A stretch of 64,000 nt of DNA from Eledone cirrhosa (Eukaryota), in the NCBI GenBank assembly GCA_964016885.1, contig OZ024750.1, positions 496,001 through 560,000 on the forward strand. The letters are read 5' to 3'. The stretch's first letter is position 1. The number at the start of each line of letters is the position of its first letter. Under the pieces are notes generated by a model. The model worked only from the letters and a program-made list of their open reading frames with translations. It was not told where the DNA came from and did not search any database. A program made the position numbers and the translations under genes. Below, piece after piece: positions 13,776 to 26,054 of the stretch.

Positions 13776-13822
13776 ATTGATTTTGATAAGTCCCAATAAG
13801 GACGAAACAATTGTAAATCAAT
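13776..13822 (+). ncRNA. Minimal type I hammerhead ribozyme, U3-A8 core variant
   Basis: Stem I attgatt/aatcaat; core TTGATAA; stem II gtcc-caataa-ggac; GAAA; caattg; GTA triplet. Confidence 0.7.
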
Positions 13823-13825
13823 ACA

Positions 13826-13975
13826 TAATTATCTCACATAATATCGAATCTATGAGATTTTGATATCATTTATTTTGAGAAGAACATCTTAACATAAGTA
13901 TGAGTGGCCAGTTACAGCCGGTTTGAACAGAGGTGAGAGAGTTCTGGTTGGTTCAAATGGTAAAGTATTTTAAAC
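13826..13975 (-). mobile_element. piggyBac-like MITE fragment
   Basis: Matches the interior of 18327-18546. Confidence 0.7.
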
Positions 13976-14077
13976 TAAATTTTTCCATTTCTCATCGTCT
14001 TAGCCACCTTAAAACATCATTCTCTACATTAAATAAAAACAAAACTATTAAAACCAAATAATAAAACAATTAATTAC

Positions 14078-14179
14078 TTTCTCTGAGCTTTCAATGAGAG
14101 CTCTTAGTTGTTGATTGACTTCAGATATCCTCGTTTTCTGGAAACTCATTCGTTCTTGATTTGCTTCTAATGAAGAATC
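14078..14179 (-). CDS. SAPCD2: SAPCD2-like exon 4: DSSLEANQERMSFQKTRISEVNQQLRALIESSEK
   Basis: tttgtcag acceptor, gtaatt donor, 102 nt, phase 0/0; coiled-coil character. Confidence 0.88.
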
Positions 14180-14394
14180 CTGACAAAAAAAAAAATAATA
14201 ATAATAATTTCTTTATTATTGGCCACAAGTGGGGGACAGTGGGGGGTTTACATGCAACCAAGTAAAGAAATTAACAATAAAAATAATAAATAGCAAATGA
14301 TATCTTTAGGCAGTTTTTTTTTTTGTTGTTGTTTATTTTTAATCTAAAAATTCAGTTTCAGCCGTTTTTCATGGATTTTAGTGAAGTTTAATGA

Positions 14395-14595
14395 GAAGTT
14401 TTGAAATGTAAGATGTTGGAACTCTCAGAAGTTTTGAGATGTAAGATGTTGGAACTCTCAGAAGTTTTGAGATGTAAGATATTGGAACTCTCAGAAGTTT
14501 TGAGATGTAAGATATTGGAACTCTCAGAAGTTTTGAGATGTAAGATGTTGGAACTCTCAGAAGTTTTGAGATGTAAGATGTTGGAACTCTCAGAA
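14395..14595. repeat. 33-bp minisatellite x6
   Basis: Unit agaagttttgagatgtaagatgttggaactctc. Confidence 0.95.
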
Positions 14596-15039
14596 TAATA
14601 ATGTTTCAGAAATACATTGTAGTCTAACCGAATAAGTACAAATCTCTTTAGTTAGATTCTTTACAAAGTATACAATAAACATCATGTATGATGTTGATAA
14701 TGATGATGATGAGGGTGTTGATGATGATGAGGGTAATGATGATGATGATGATGATGAGGGTGTTGATGATGATGATGGTGATGAGGATTATAAGGATGTT
14801 GATGATGAAGATGACAACAACAACAAAACAATGCTTTTGTTTGTTTATTTTTGACAGAAATATATGTTAATAGGAAATTAAGACCTGCATTGTGAGTTAA
14901 GATATTTCTTTTGAGAAAAATAAAATAAAAGTAGCTGATCCTGAGACGGGAGAGAAGGAGACATGGAGACAAGGGGACAGGGAGAATCAGGGAGACAGGG
15001 AGACAAGGGGACAAGGAGATAAGGAGAGACAGGGAGAAT

Positions 15040-15220
15040 CAGGGAAAATCAATTAAATCAACCCCAGTGCATTACTGGTACTGTATTTTATCAACCCCAT
15101 AAGGATGAAAGGTAAAGCTAACCTCAGCGTGATTTGAACTCAGACCGTAAAGGGCCATAACTCTATGCTACAAAGCATGGTGTCCGACGCTCTACCGATA
15201 CTGCCAAACCACCGTCCTGT
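15040..15220 (-). mobile_element. tRNA-SINE family A copy
   Basis: Close match to 1850-2020. Confidence 0.8.
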
Positions 15221-15297
15221 ATATAATTAAATTAATAATAAAATTATATAACATGCTCTTTGTTTATTGTGTTTTGTTATACACATGACTAACACCA

Positions 15298-15365
15298 ATC
15301 CCCACCCCTTGGTCTGTGGAGAAATTGTCTCGCATGACACTGGACCGTGGCACAAAAAGGTCTGT
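15298..15365 (+). mobile_element. hAT (Charlie/MER1-like) terminal fragment
   Basis: ggtctgtggagaaattgtctcgcatgacactggaccgtggcacaaaaaggt resembles the recalled MER1-type right end. Confidence 0.45.
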
Positions 15366-16808
15366 AGGTCATCATAGAATCTTAGATCTCTTTACTGAGT
15401 CTGTTATTCTACTACAATATGTAACACATGTAAGATGATAATTTCATGAACCATGGGTTTTATAGTGGGTCAATATTTTAGTTCTAGTTTTGTTTTGGCA
15501 GTGTTAATCGAATGAAAGTTAAATCTTTCCCTGGGAAAGATGCCAAGACTATTACATGTAACTTTCCCTGAATATTTAGTACTAATTATAGAAAGTTAGT
15601 TGAAGTTAGTCACATGAAAAAAAACCCTCCAAAAACAACAAAACCTCAAAGACAAAATAAAACGTCTGCAGCATATTTTAACCAACAATTGCTATTTTGT
15701 TTTAAATTAATGAAAATTACTGACAAAAATAGCAGCTGATTTCATGTGAATAATAATGATTTCCCTTGACTGCATAAAGCTAATAATTGTAGGAGAGGGA
15801 GAAAGTAGAGTGATTCCAACATGGAATAACGTAAAATGAGGTTGATAATGATAACTTCTATAAAAAGGATCACTCTTTCTAGACAGTTTGCTATTGTCAT
15901 ATATTTCTGAAAGAAGGTATGATACACTCATTGCTTGCTGTAAACAGACATGAAGTCGAAGATTTTTAACTTTTTAACATTTAAACCGGTCGTATCTGGC
16001 CTGAGTTGAGTTCAGCAGCATTTCAACTGAGAATGTCAAGAAAGAGAACAAATCTAATTCTTTAACAATTCTACCAATTCTACCAACCAGGAATAACAAG
16101 TATTTTGTTTTCTTTAAGCTGAAAGTAAATTATTTTAATTGGTGGTCGTGTGGTGCTGGTAGTGGTGATGGTGGTGTTGGTGATGCAGTGGTCATGCTGG
16201 CGGTGATGTTGGAGATGATGATGGTGGTGATGGTGTTGGTGGTGATGATGGTTGTGGTAATAATGAGGAGGAGGAGGAGGAAATATTCTAGTCTAGTTCT
16301 GTAATGTCTGTCAATCTCATGTTATTAGCATCAGGTGGAACCTGAGGATTGGTTTTTGTAGAAGATAAGAATTGAAAAGTTGTGGTGATTGTAACTGTGG
16401 TATTATATTAAAAAGAAGACATTTAATAAAGTAACAATGGTGAGAATGAGGATCACCATCATCATCATGTCTGATTTCCCTGCTAACAAGAGAAGAAAGG
16501 TAGTATGTGTATGTGTCAATTAGATAGTAAAATGAGAGAGAGAGAGAGAGAGAGGCATTAAGTATAAAAGATAAGCATCTAACTAAAGAAATGGAGAGCT
16601 GCTGCTATGAAAAGAGATGCAGGGGTCAGCAATCCCTCATTATTTCAACTGGATGACAGAAGAGAATAAAGAATGACTTCACAGTTCCAGAATTTATTGC
16701 TTTTTCTCTGATAAATTTATTTCAATGTTATTTATTATATATAACATAATAATTCATCTTTTAATATTTATTTCTCATGCCTCACAAAGGACACAACACT
16801 CAAGTGTT

Positions 16809-17002
16809 GTAATGAGGCAGTGCTGGTGACATGATAAAAGGTACCCAGTTAACTCTGTAATGAGGTAGTGCTGGTGACATGATAAAAGGCACCCAGTTTA
16901 CCCTGTAATGAAGCAGTGGTGGTGACATGATAATAAGCACCTAGCCCACCCTGCAATAAGCAGTGCTGATGTTACAATAAAAAGAACCCAGTTCATCCTG
17001 TA
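16809..17002. repeat. 48-bp tandem repeat x4, probably SINE-tail derived
   Basis: Unit gtaatgaggcagtgctggtgacatgataaaaggcacccagtt..ct resembles 34070-34105. Confidence 0.8.
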
Positions 17003-17113
17003 GAATATATATATATATTCTCTTCTTTTAAATGAAATTAATATATATATATTGAAAAAAATCTAAGAAACCAGGTGTGGGTGTATACAAAATGAAATGT
17101 GAATTCCACCCAC

Positions 17114-17257
17114 ATTATATGATGACCAAGCAGCAACTTTCTGTTTATCTTCAACTGAAGTGATTTGTGTCTGATACCAACGTTTTGCAGACTGTACCAT
17201 TTCCATTCCTTCTTCCAGTATCTGTTTTTCTTCTTCCAGTTGTCGCATCCGTTTAAT
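17114..17257 (-). CDS. SAPCD2: SAPCD2-like exon 3: IKRMRQLEEEKQILEEGMEMVQSAKRWYQTQITSVEDKQKVAAWSSYN
   Basis: ctcag acceptor, gtgggt donor, 144 nt. Matches the Suppressor-APC motif (MKELEQEKEVLLQGLEMM..GRDWYQQQL). Confidence 0.92.
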
Positions 17258-17707
17258 CTGAGCAATCAAAGGCAACAATTGAAAAATGAAAGATTCTAAG
17301 TGTTTTGCTGTAAGAAACATGCACTGAACACAGACAGGCATTCCTTTTCTATATTTCAATCCAACAGAATACTATAGTCTTCCTCATACACTATACATTG
17401 CTATTCATTCATACATTCTTTTATTCATTCATAACTTTTTCACTAGAGTCTCTAACAGAAGAATCCAATTTCTAACTCAAGATTATTTCTAAAAATAACA
17501 TTTTCTTTCTTTATTTCTGTACTTATTTATTTATCAATTATATTCCCTTTCTTTCTTTCTTCCTTTCATTCCTTTCATTCACTGAGTCCCATTCACCGAC
17601 TTTTTAGCATCAATCCTTTGCAACAACAACAACATATTTGAGGCTGATTCAAATGAAAACAGTAAACATGAAAAGAGATTTTTAAAACGTGTGTATGTAA
17701 TATATGC

Positions 17708-17747
<40 letters not shown>

Positions 17748-17748
17748 A

Positions 17749-17784
<36 letters not shown>

Positions 17785-18309
17785 CCGTCTAAACCCATGC
17801 TAGTGTGGAAGATAGACGTTAACGATGATGATGATGATGATATATATATAAATATATGTGTGTGTATGTGTATATATATATCTATCTATATATGCACACA
17901 CACAAAACCAAATGGGAGGGTGGTATTTTCTCTGACAAAGAAACAAGAAAAATAAAAAGAATCCCAGAGAAAGAAAAAAAAACAACAAAGCAAAACAGAA
18001 AAGAACAGCTTTTAAAAGGGTTTATAGTAATTTTATTTGGTAGATGTGCATACACATACACAGACATACATACATATATACACACACATACATACAGACA
18101 GACAGACATACATACACACACACATATATACATAGACAGACATACATACATAGACAGACATACATACATAGATAGACACAGACACAGACACAATAGTGCT
18201 GGAGTGGCCAAGTAGATAATATATTCAATTACATGTTTTAGTTCCACGCTTTTGCTAACAACCTGCACTAAATCACGTCAGTGTTTTATCAGACAAAACC
18301 ACTCAGTTC

Positions 18310-18740
18310 AACCCTTTAGTATTTAACCCTTTAACATTTACATTACTCTATATATACTATTGTATTTTCACGGTAAAAGCTTTACCTCACATAGTATCTC
18401 ACATAATATTGAATCTATGAGACTTTGATATTATTTATTTTTAGAACAATACCTTAATATCAGTATGAGCAACCAGTTACAGCCGGTTTGAACAGAAAGA
18501 GGTGAGAGAATTCTGGCCGGATATGGCCAGTTTAAATGTTAAAGGGTTAAATTGGCCATATCTGGCCAGAATTCTCTCACCTCTGTCTGTTCAAACCAGC
18601 TGCTTATACTTATGTTAAGGTATTGTTCTCAAAATAAATAATATCAAAATCTCGTAGCTTCGATATTATCTGAAATAATTATGTGAGGTAAAGCCTATAC
18701 CATGGAAATATAATAAGTATAGAGTAATGTAAATGTTATG
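18310..18740. mobile_element. Nested piggyBac-like MITEs (inner copy 18327-18546 in opposite orientation)
   Basis: Inner copy is TTAA|CCCTTTAACATTTA...TAAATGTTAAAGGG|TTAA; the outer copy is split at that TTAA. Confidence 0.85.
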
Positions 18741-18794
18741 TGAGGTAAAGCCTTTACCACAGAAATAAAATGGTAAGGAATGTATTAATGGCTT

Positions 18795-19010
18795 CTGATT
18801 TAGGCACAAGGCCAGAAATTTGAAGGGAAAAGGGAAAGTTGATTAAATCAAGCCCAGTGTATTACTGGTACTTTATTTTATCAACCCTCGTAAGGAGGAA
18901 AGACAAAGCTAACCTCAAGTGGGATTTGAATTCAGAATGTAAACAGATGTAACTATATGCCACAGAGCATGTTGTCTGATGCTCTACCAATCCACCACCC
19001 TACCAATTAC
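18795..19010 (-). mobile_element. tRNA-SINE family A copy whose head merges into a minisatellite
   Basis: Matches 1816-2020. Confidence 0.8.
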
Positions 19011-19885
19011 TGCCAATCCACCACCCTACAAATTACTGCCAATCCACCGCCCTACCACTTACTGCCAATCCACTGCCCTACCACTTACTGCCCTACCACT
19101 TACTGCCAATCCACTGCCCTACCACTTACTGTCAATCCACCACCCTACCACTTACTGCCAAACCACCGCCCTACCAATTACTGCCAATCCACCACCCTAC
19201 CAATTACTGCCAATCCACCACCCTACCACTTACTGCCAATCCACCACCCTACCACTTACTGCCAATCCACCACCCTACCAATTACTGCCAATCCACCACC
19301 CTACCACTTACTGCCAATCCACCACCCTACCAATTACTGCCAATCCACCACCCTACCACTTACTGCCAATCCACCACCCTACCACTTACTGCCAATCCAC
19401 CACCCTACCAATTACTACCAATCCACCACCCTACCACTTACTGCCAATCCACCACCCTACCACTTACTGCCAATCCACCACCCTACCAATTACTGCCAAT
19501 CCACCACCCTACCACTTACTGCCAATCCACCACCCTACCACTTACTGCCAATCCACCACCCTACCAATTACTGCCAATCCACCACCCTACCACTTACTGC
19601 CAATCCACCACCCTACCACTTACTGCCAATCCACCACCCTACCAATTACTACCAATCCACCACCCTACCACTTACTGCCAATCCACCACCCTACCACTTA
19701 CTGCCAATCCACCACCCTACCAATTACTGCCAATCCACCACCCTACCACTTACTGCCAATCCACCACCCTACCAATTACTGCCAATCCACCACCCTACCA
19801 ATTACTGCCAATCCACCACCCTACCAATTACTGCCAATCCACCACCCTACCAATTACTGCCAATCCACCACCCTACCACTTACCA
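18984..19885. repeat. 26-bp minisatellite (ctgccaatccaccaccctaccaMtta)n, about 34 units
   Basis: Read directly from the sequence. Confidence 0.96.
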
Positions 19886-20149
19886 TAATAATGGAATCGA
19901 GATTTTAAAAAAAAGGATTCTAGCAACAAATACAAGGATGTGAAATTGTCACGTGGATAAGATATAACATCTTTTTCAACTGAAGGATTGTGAGATTGTT
20001 ATCACAGAAGTGGTATTTGGGGTAAGGTACTACAATTAACCTCAGTTATAGCAGCAGAGATCAGACTTAATACTGATAAAAGATAAAAGAATTCCTTCAC
20101 AATGAGTCTTTTAAACATTATAACATAAGAAATATATTATCATTATTAG

Positions 20150-20350
20150 TGTTGGTGGAAACATGAGAGTGTTGAACAAAATACTTTGTGGTAGTTGCAG
20201 CCGTTTACAGTCTCAGTTAAAATCTTACCAAGGTAAACCTTTCATCCTTCTGGGGATCAATTAAACAAAGTATTGGTCAAGAACTAGGGTCAATATCATC
20301 AATGTCCCCTCCCCCCCTCAAAATTTCTAACCTTGAGCCTAAATTAGAAA
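20150..20350 (+). mobile_element. tRNA-SINE family A-related, diverged
   Basis: cctttcatccttctggggatcaattaaa core. Confidence 0.6.
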
Positions 20351-20389
20351 TCATTGTTATTAATAAAATATAATTTTCAGGTTTACATG

Positions 20390-20588
20390 TACAAAGGCCA
20401 GCTGAAAAGTTCATAGGCTGACTGAGGAGTGATGCTAGAGCTGTAAAATCTTGCATGTGGTAATTTCAATTCTTCTTATTAATAACTGCCTTATTTCTTT
20501 CCATGGACTATGTTGAACAATAAGCCTCATTTGGTCATTCCATGAGAGTATCTTGGTCAACCTATAAACTTTTCAGCCAACCTTCATA
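20390..20588 (+). mobile_element. Mariner-derived MITE
   Basis: Same TIR and interior as 8892-9072. Confidence 0.85.
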
Positions 20589-20861
20589 ATATCAAGGTCG
20601 ATAGATGAAATTATAGTTATTGTATTACACCACCCCTTGGCTCTTGGGTACCTTTAGTGGGGTTGATTCTATGACAAGATTTAGGGAAAGGTCTCCAGTT
20701 TGAGGATACCTTCCTCTCAGTCTTGAGGGCCCAGAAAAGAGTCCTGGGCATTGTCTTGTCCTCCCTCACTAAAATAGCTTCGGAAAATGTCTGAAAAAAA
20801 CTAATTTGAAAACATGAAGTAAAAATATCTTCTCAATATTAACAAGTGAAGCGTATCTTAC

Positions 20862-20998
20862 CATGCTGTGGTCAACTCCACTCGTTAAGGTATGGCGACG
20901 TCCATCCCATCGTCGGTTGTTCTGTTTTGTGTCTCCCAACTTCTGAGGTTTTGTGTCAATATTTCTTTTTTGTTGAGATGTAATACTTTCGATGTTTG
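20862..20998 (-). CDS. SAPCD2: SAPCD2-like exon 2: (A)NIESITSQQKRN...RRWDGRRHTLTSGVDHSM
   Basis: tttttcag acceptor, gtaaga donor, 137 nt, phase 1->0 compatible with exons 1 and 3; RRHTxxSGVD motif. Confidence 0.9.
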
Positions 20999-21272
20999 CT
21001 GAAAAACACGATATTTGAAAGAAACAGTTGTCAACATGTCAACATGTTGAGAATTCATGTTTATTTATTAAAACATTTCTGCATCCTGTCCCAGTCTCAA
21101 TATTATCGAATGCAAACATTTATGTAAACACACACACACACAAGCCTCCCTGGTTATAACATTATGCCGTCTTTTTAAATATAAACAAACTCTTTGACTG
21201 TGAATTGTAGATTTATATATAATGATATATATAATTATAGAGATTTTATAATGAGATATTTACTTATGAATA

Positions 21273-21320
21273 ATTGATTTTGATAAGTCCCAATAAGGGA
21301 CAAAACGATCGTAAATCAAT
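21273..21320 (+). ncRNA. Minimal type I hammerhead, U3-A8 variant with G12A (probably inactive)
   Basis: attgatt TTGATAA gtccc-aataa-gggac AAAA cgatcg TA aatcaat; followed by a palindrome at 21328-21408. Confidence 0.6.
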
Positions 21321-22408
21321 ATTTAATGTAAAAACGTATTTGGTAATTACTTTAAGGTATATATATATATATATATACCTTAAAGTAATTACCAAATACG
21401 TTTTTACACACATACACATATATCATCACTGGTTAACGTCCATTTTTCTAGGCTAGCATAGGTTTGACGAGTTGTCCTGTTGTGAGAAGAGTCAGAATAG
21501 ATGACCGAGTCATATATATTTATATATTTATACTTGTCTGATTGAGCGTGATGTTTGCAGGGGACCTATCAGGAAAACACCCAAGAAACCTGGTTAAATT
21601 TATACAGGTGTTTACTGTAACAACAACAACAACAATACATTTCCTCATTTTTCCAACTTTGGTCCAGAGATTGAAATGAATCCCAGAATAAACCACATCT
21701 GCCATAAATCAGGTTAAATAAAACAGACAATATGGCTACCTCTAAAGTAGAGGATATAAATGGTAATATATAATCCAGAATCAATTAAATAAAGTAACAG
21801 TGGTGGGGGGTGAGGGAGGGCGGCGGTAGTGGTGAAGTGGGGGGGGGGGGGGAGATGATAATGATGATGATGATGCATATGCAATTATAAAAGAAGAGAT
21901 TAAATTAAATATGAGAGTCAAACACTTGCTTGCAGGGAAAAATGGATGTTAAATGATGATGATGATGATGATGATGATGAGTTTTTCAAGTGAAACTTAC
22001 ATTTCTCCCATAAGAAACCTAACAATCCTATCTTTTCTTACTACTTCGACTTTATCTGAGATAAAAGTTATTGGTAAGATTTTTATGGTGAACTGTAAAC
22101 ACTAAAGCTTTTAACTCAAATCCTGTCACTGTTATTGTATAGTAGATATTTAGCAAAGATTACCAAACTTTCAAATTTATATGACTTTCACTTTGGAAAC
22201 GTCCAACACAGAGTGGAATATGGTAAGAAATTATTATCTAGTTTGGTGAAAACAGTTAAGAACCAGCTTTATTGTTTTGAATTTAACTCTTTTGATATCA
22301 AATCACTTGAAACCACACCAGGTTCTATGATAAAAAAACTGTTTATTTTTAAATATTTATATTTATCTAAAGACTTTGCATCATAAACTTTATGTTCCAA
22401 ACACCAGT

Positions 22409-22709
22409 TTAACCCTTTAGCATTTAAACCGGCTGTATCCAGCCAGAAATCTCTCACCTCTTTCTATTGTAACTGGCTGCTCATACTTATATTAATAAAT
22501 AATATCAAAATCTCATAGATTCGATATTATGTTAGATAAAGCCTTTACCACAAAAATACAATAGTGTATATAGAGTAATGTAAATACTGATGTTAAGGTA
22601 TTGTTCTCAAAATAAATAATATCAATATCTCAAAGATTCAACATTATGTGAGGTAAAGCCGTGAAAATATAATAGTAAATATAGAGTAATGTAAGTGGTA
22701 AAGGGTTAA
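22409..22709 (+). mobile_element. piggyBac-like MITE with internal duplication
   Basis: TTAA-CCCTTTAGC...AAAGGG-TTAA. Confidence 0.85.
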
Positions 22710-23019
22710 ACTACTGAATGTACAACTGTTGAAAACACATACAAAAAGCTAAATATAAATAAAAAGATAAGGGATTTTTACTGTTATCTTTAATGATTCT
22801 CCAAGTGATAACCACGTACACATCTTAGATGGCGGCCTCCTATAAGTTTAGAAGCATCAGTTTTATCACTATCATAGACAGTAGACAGAAAGAGAATTTT
22901 GGCAACTAATTCAATTGTATAGCCCTACTTCATCTGAAAATGTATGGAGATTATTAACAGTACTGGTGAACCAGTACTGTTAATAATATATGTATATATG
23001 TGTATATGTGTATATGCAT

Positions 23020-23292
23020 TTTTTCTTCTAACTTTAATACCTAATTGTGTATGGTTGACGATATATTTAATCGATTTCCACGTGCTATTGAAATGCTGGG
23101 TAAATATTCTATAGCTGTTGATCGCGAATAGATGGCTGTCGTTTATTTATCTATTATTTCTTCATAGGTGCCTTTTAATCTTATAGCCTGGTTTAATTGG
23201 TTTTTTGTGTGGTTGATTATGATAAATGGGAGAGGAAATGGAGTATATATCTTATCAAATGATTCTATGGACATAATTTATAGTATATATAT
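23020..23292 (+). mobile_element. Diverged single-arm relative of the 5945-6865 element
   Basis: Collinear with 6565-6825 (tatagcctggt..., gggagaggaaat..., tgattctatRgacat); flanked by TA-rich repeats. Confidence 0.7.
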
Positions 23293-23524
23293 CAGCATCA
23301 TCATTTCATCATTTCATTTTACGTCCGCTTTTCCCTGCTTGCAAGGGTGGGACGGGAACTGATTTTGGCTTGATATATATATATACACACACTAGTGAAC
23401 CAGTGTTGTTGATAATGTATGGAGATATTATACATACATACTGGTGAACCAGTGTTGTCAATAATGTATAGATATTAGATATACACACTGGTGAACCAGT
23501 GCCATCAATAATGTATAGATATTA

Positions 23525-23746
23525 TACACAGAATATAAAGATGTGGTACACAGAATATAAAGATGTGGTACACAGAATATAAAGATGTGGTACACAGAAT
23601 ATAAAGATGTGGTACACAGAATATAATGATGTAGTACACAGAAAATAAAGATGTTGTACACAGAATATAATGATGTGGTACACAGAATATTATGATGTAG
23701 TACACAGAATATAAAGATGTTGTACACAGAATATAATGATGTGGTA
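23525..23746. repeat. 22-bp minisatellite (cacagaatataaagatgtggta)n
   Basis: Read directly from the sequence, about 10 units. Confidence 0.93.
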
Positions 23747-24041
23747 ATACAAAACAAAATTCAAATAGTAAATATTACAAAAGGTTATTAAACAAATATA
23801 ATATCAACTAAGAAAATAGAAAGGATTATTAAAATATAAATCACTCTTTAGTGGATCACATATTGAAATAAATATTGAAAATTATTGATTAAATATAATC
23901 AATTGCTTGCTGAAAATGTCTGCCACTGCTGTTGTTAGTGATAACAAGAAGAAATAAATACATAATGTATGTCCCATAACTCCTGGTAGTGTCAAGAAGG
24001 TGATGTATTGACATACAGCGTTTCTTGGACATTATTTAAGC

Positions 24042-24232
24042 CTGGCAGTGGATTGGCAGTATCGGTAGAGTGTCAGACACTTTGCAAAATAGAGTTACGG
24101 CCCTTGCCATTCTGAGTTCAAATCCCGCCTAGGTTAACTTTGCCTTTCATCCTTACGGGGTCGATAAAATAAAATACCAGTAATGCACTGAGATAATTGC
24201 TGGCCTTGTGCCAAAAGTAGAAACAATTATTA
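24042..24232 (+). mobile_element. tRNA-SINE family A copy
   Basis: ggcagtggattggcagtatcggtagag...gagttcaaatcccgcc...gcctttcatccttacggggtcgataaaat. Confidence 0.85.
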
Positions 24233-26054
24233 TTTAAACTTGGTGGAGCCCTTCCCTCTCCAGGCCTGAGTACAGCAGATTTCTTCCAGAGAAAGACAGA
24301 AAGTGAGAGAAAATGAGAAAGAGATATAGAAGAATCAACCCCAGTACTAGACTGGTACTTTTTTTTTATCAACCTTGAAAAGATGAAAGGCAAAGTTGAC
24401 CTCGACAGGATTTGAACAGTAGACTGTGATTTCAGGGGTATTTGACTCCTATTTCAAGTAAGTCAAAATTACCATGTAGTGGCTCTCCCATTTCCCATTC
24501 ACTCAAAAAAATAAAACTGTTGTTATTGTTGGAAGATGTTGGGTTTAATTAATAGTAGTGATGGTGGCATTTACAATAAATTTTCATTTAGTTTCTAAAT
24601 CAGCCACGAATCTTCACAAGATAAGAGTGAAAATTAATCATTTATATAGATCCAAAATAGAATAACTGTCAAGAATTTCCTTTTCTAGTAACATCCTGTA
24701 AAGATGTCTTACCTAAAAATAGTGATTGGCAAGATTAAAATAAAATAAATATACCTCCATCAATTTCTCAATGAAAACTGCTCCGTATGAGAAAGATGTG
24801 GTCACCTGACCAGTCAAGTCTCACTGTGACAATCTGTCTAACTTATGTAAGCAAGGAAAATAGATGTTAAGATGGGATGGTGGTGATGATAATGATGGTG
24901 GTGGTGGTGGTGGTGGTGGTGGTGGTGGTGGTGGTGATGGTGATGATGATGGTGGTAATGATGATGATGGTTGAATTCTATAGATATACACTCCATACTA
25001 GTGAAGGTGCACCACCTAGTGATTGGGGTATTAGTTTCATGATTATAAAGCTATGGGTTTGATCCCTAGACTGAGTGGTACTTTGAGTCTTTCAGCAAGG
25101 TAATTCATTTGCATTGCTCAAGTTTATTCAACTGAAAAAACTATGTAACTAGCAGCTAGGAGTTAATCTTGTGATGTCAAATGGAACCAAGATAATCTCT
25201 CACATAATGTGGCTCTTTAGAAAGACTTGAACCTTTAACTTCTTTCTACATTCTTACATTCTATCAAGTGGTTGCTGTTAGGAAGAACATCTAACCATAA
25301 AAAAATGTCTAAAGTCTGTCTCGAACCCAAAGGCTCATTAGGCTGGTGCTTATCTTGGTTTCCGTGGTGTTAAATGACAACTCATTCAACCCATGTCAAC
25401 ATAGAAAGTACTGTATGTGAAACTAGGCCAGTTAATAGCATCTATGGCATAACTTCTGGTCAACTACATCAGATAATTTGAGAAATACTTTGAGAAGGAA
25501 ATGTAGTGGTTAAAGTGTCGTTTAAAACCCTGTAGATAAAAAGTTCCAATTCCACTGCAGATATATTTTTAATTATTATCTAATTAATTAGCCATGCATA
25601 TATAACACTATTTTTAGCCTAATTGACTGCAGCACATTAAATATTAAAGTCTAATATTAAAAATGTTTACATGATTCTGTTGAAAAGTGAAGAAGTTATT
25701 AACATTTGAATTAAGAGACCATCTTTTAGACATTTCCAGCTAAATCATAAAATGTTAAGAACTAATGTTCATTTCCTTTGAATAAATAAAAAAAAACCCA
25801 GAAAACATCTACTTATTAATATCATATTACAAACTAATTAATATTATATACTCTTTACTAACCTATCAGTAATAATAACACAAATTAGTTCATAAAAACA
25901 CATCCATCATCTTTCTAATTGCCATAAGTCAAGTGGAATGTGGTAGATGTAGACTGTAAAGCTCTGGTGTCTAGTATATAAGTAGAAACATTGCTTTGTG
26001 TTTAAGGAGATTGCTTCACAACCTCATGGTCATCAGTTCAGTCTCATTGTGTGA

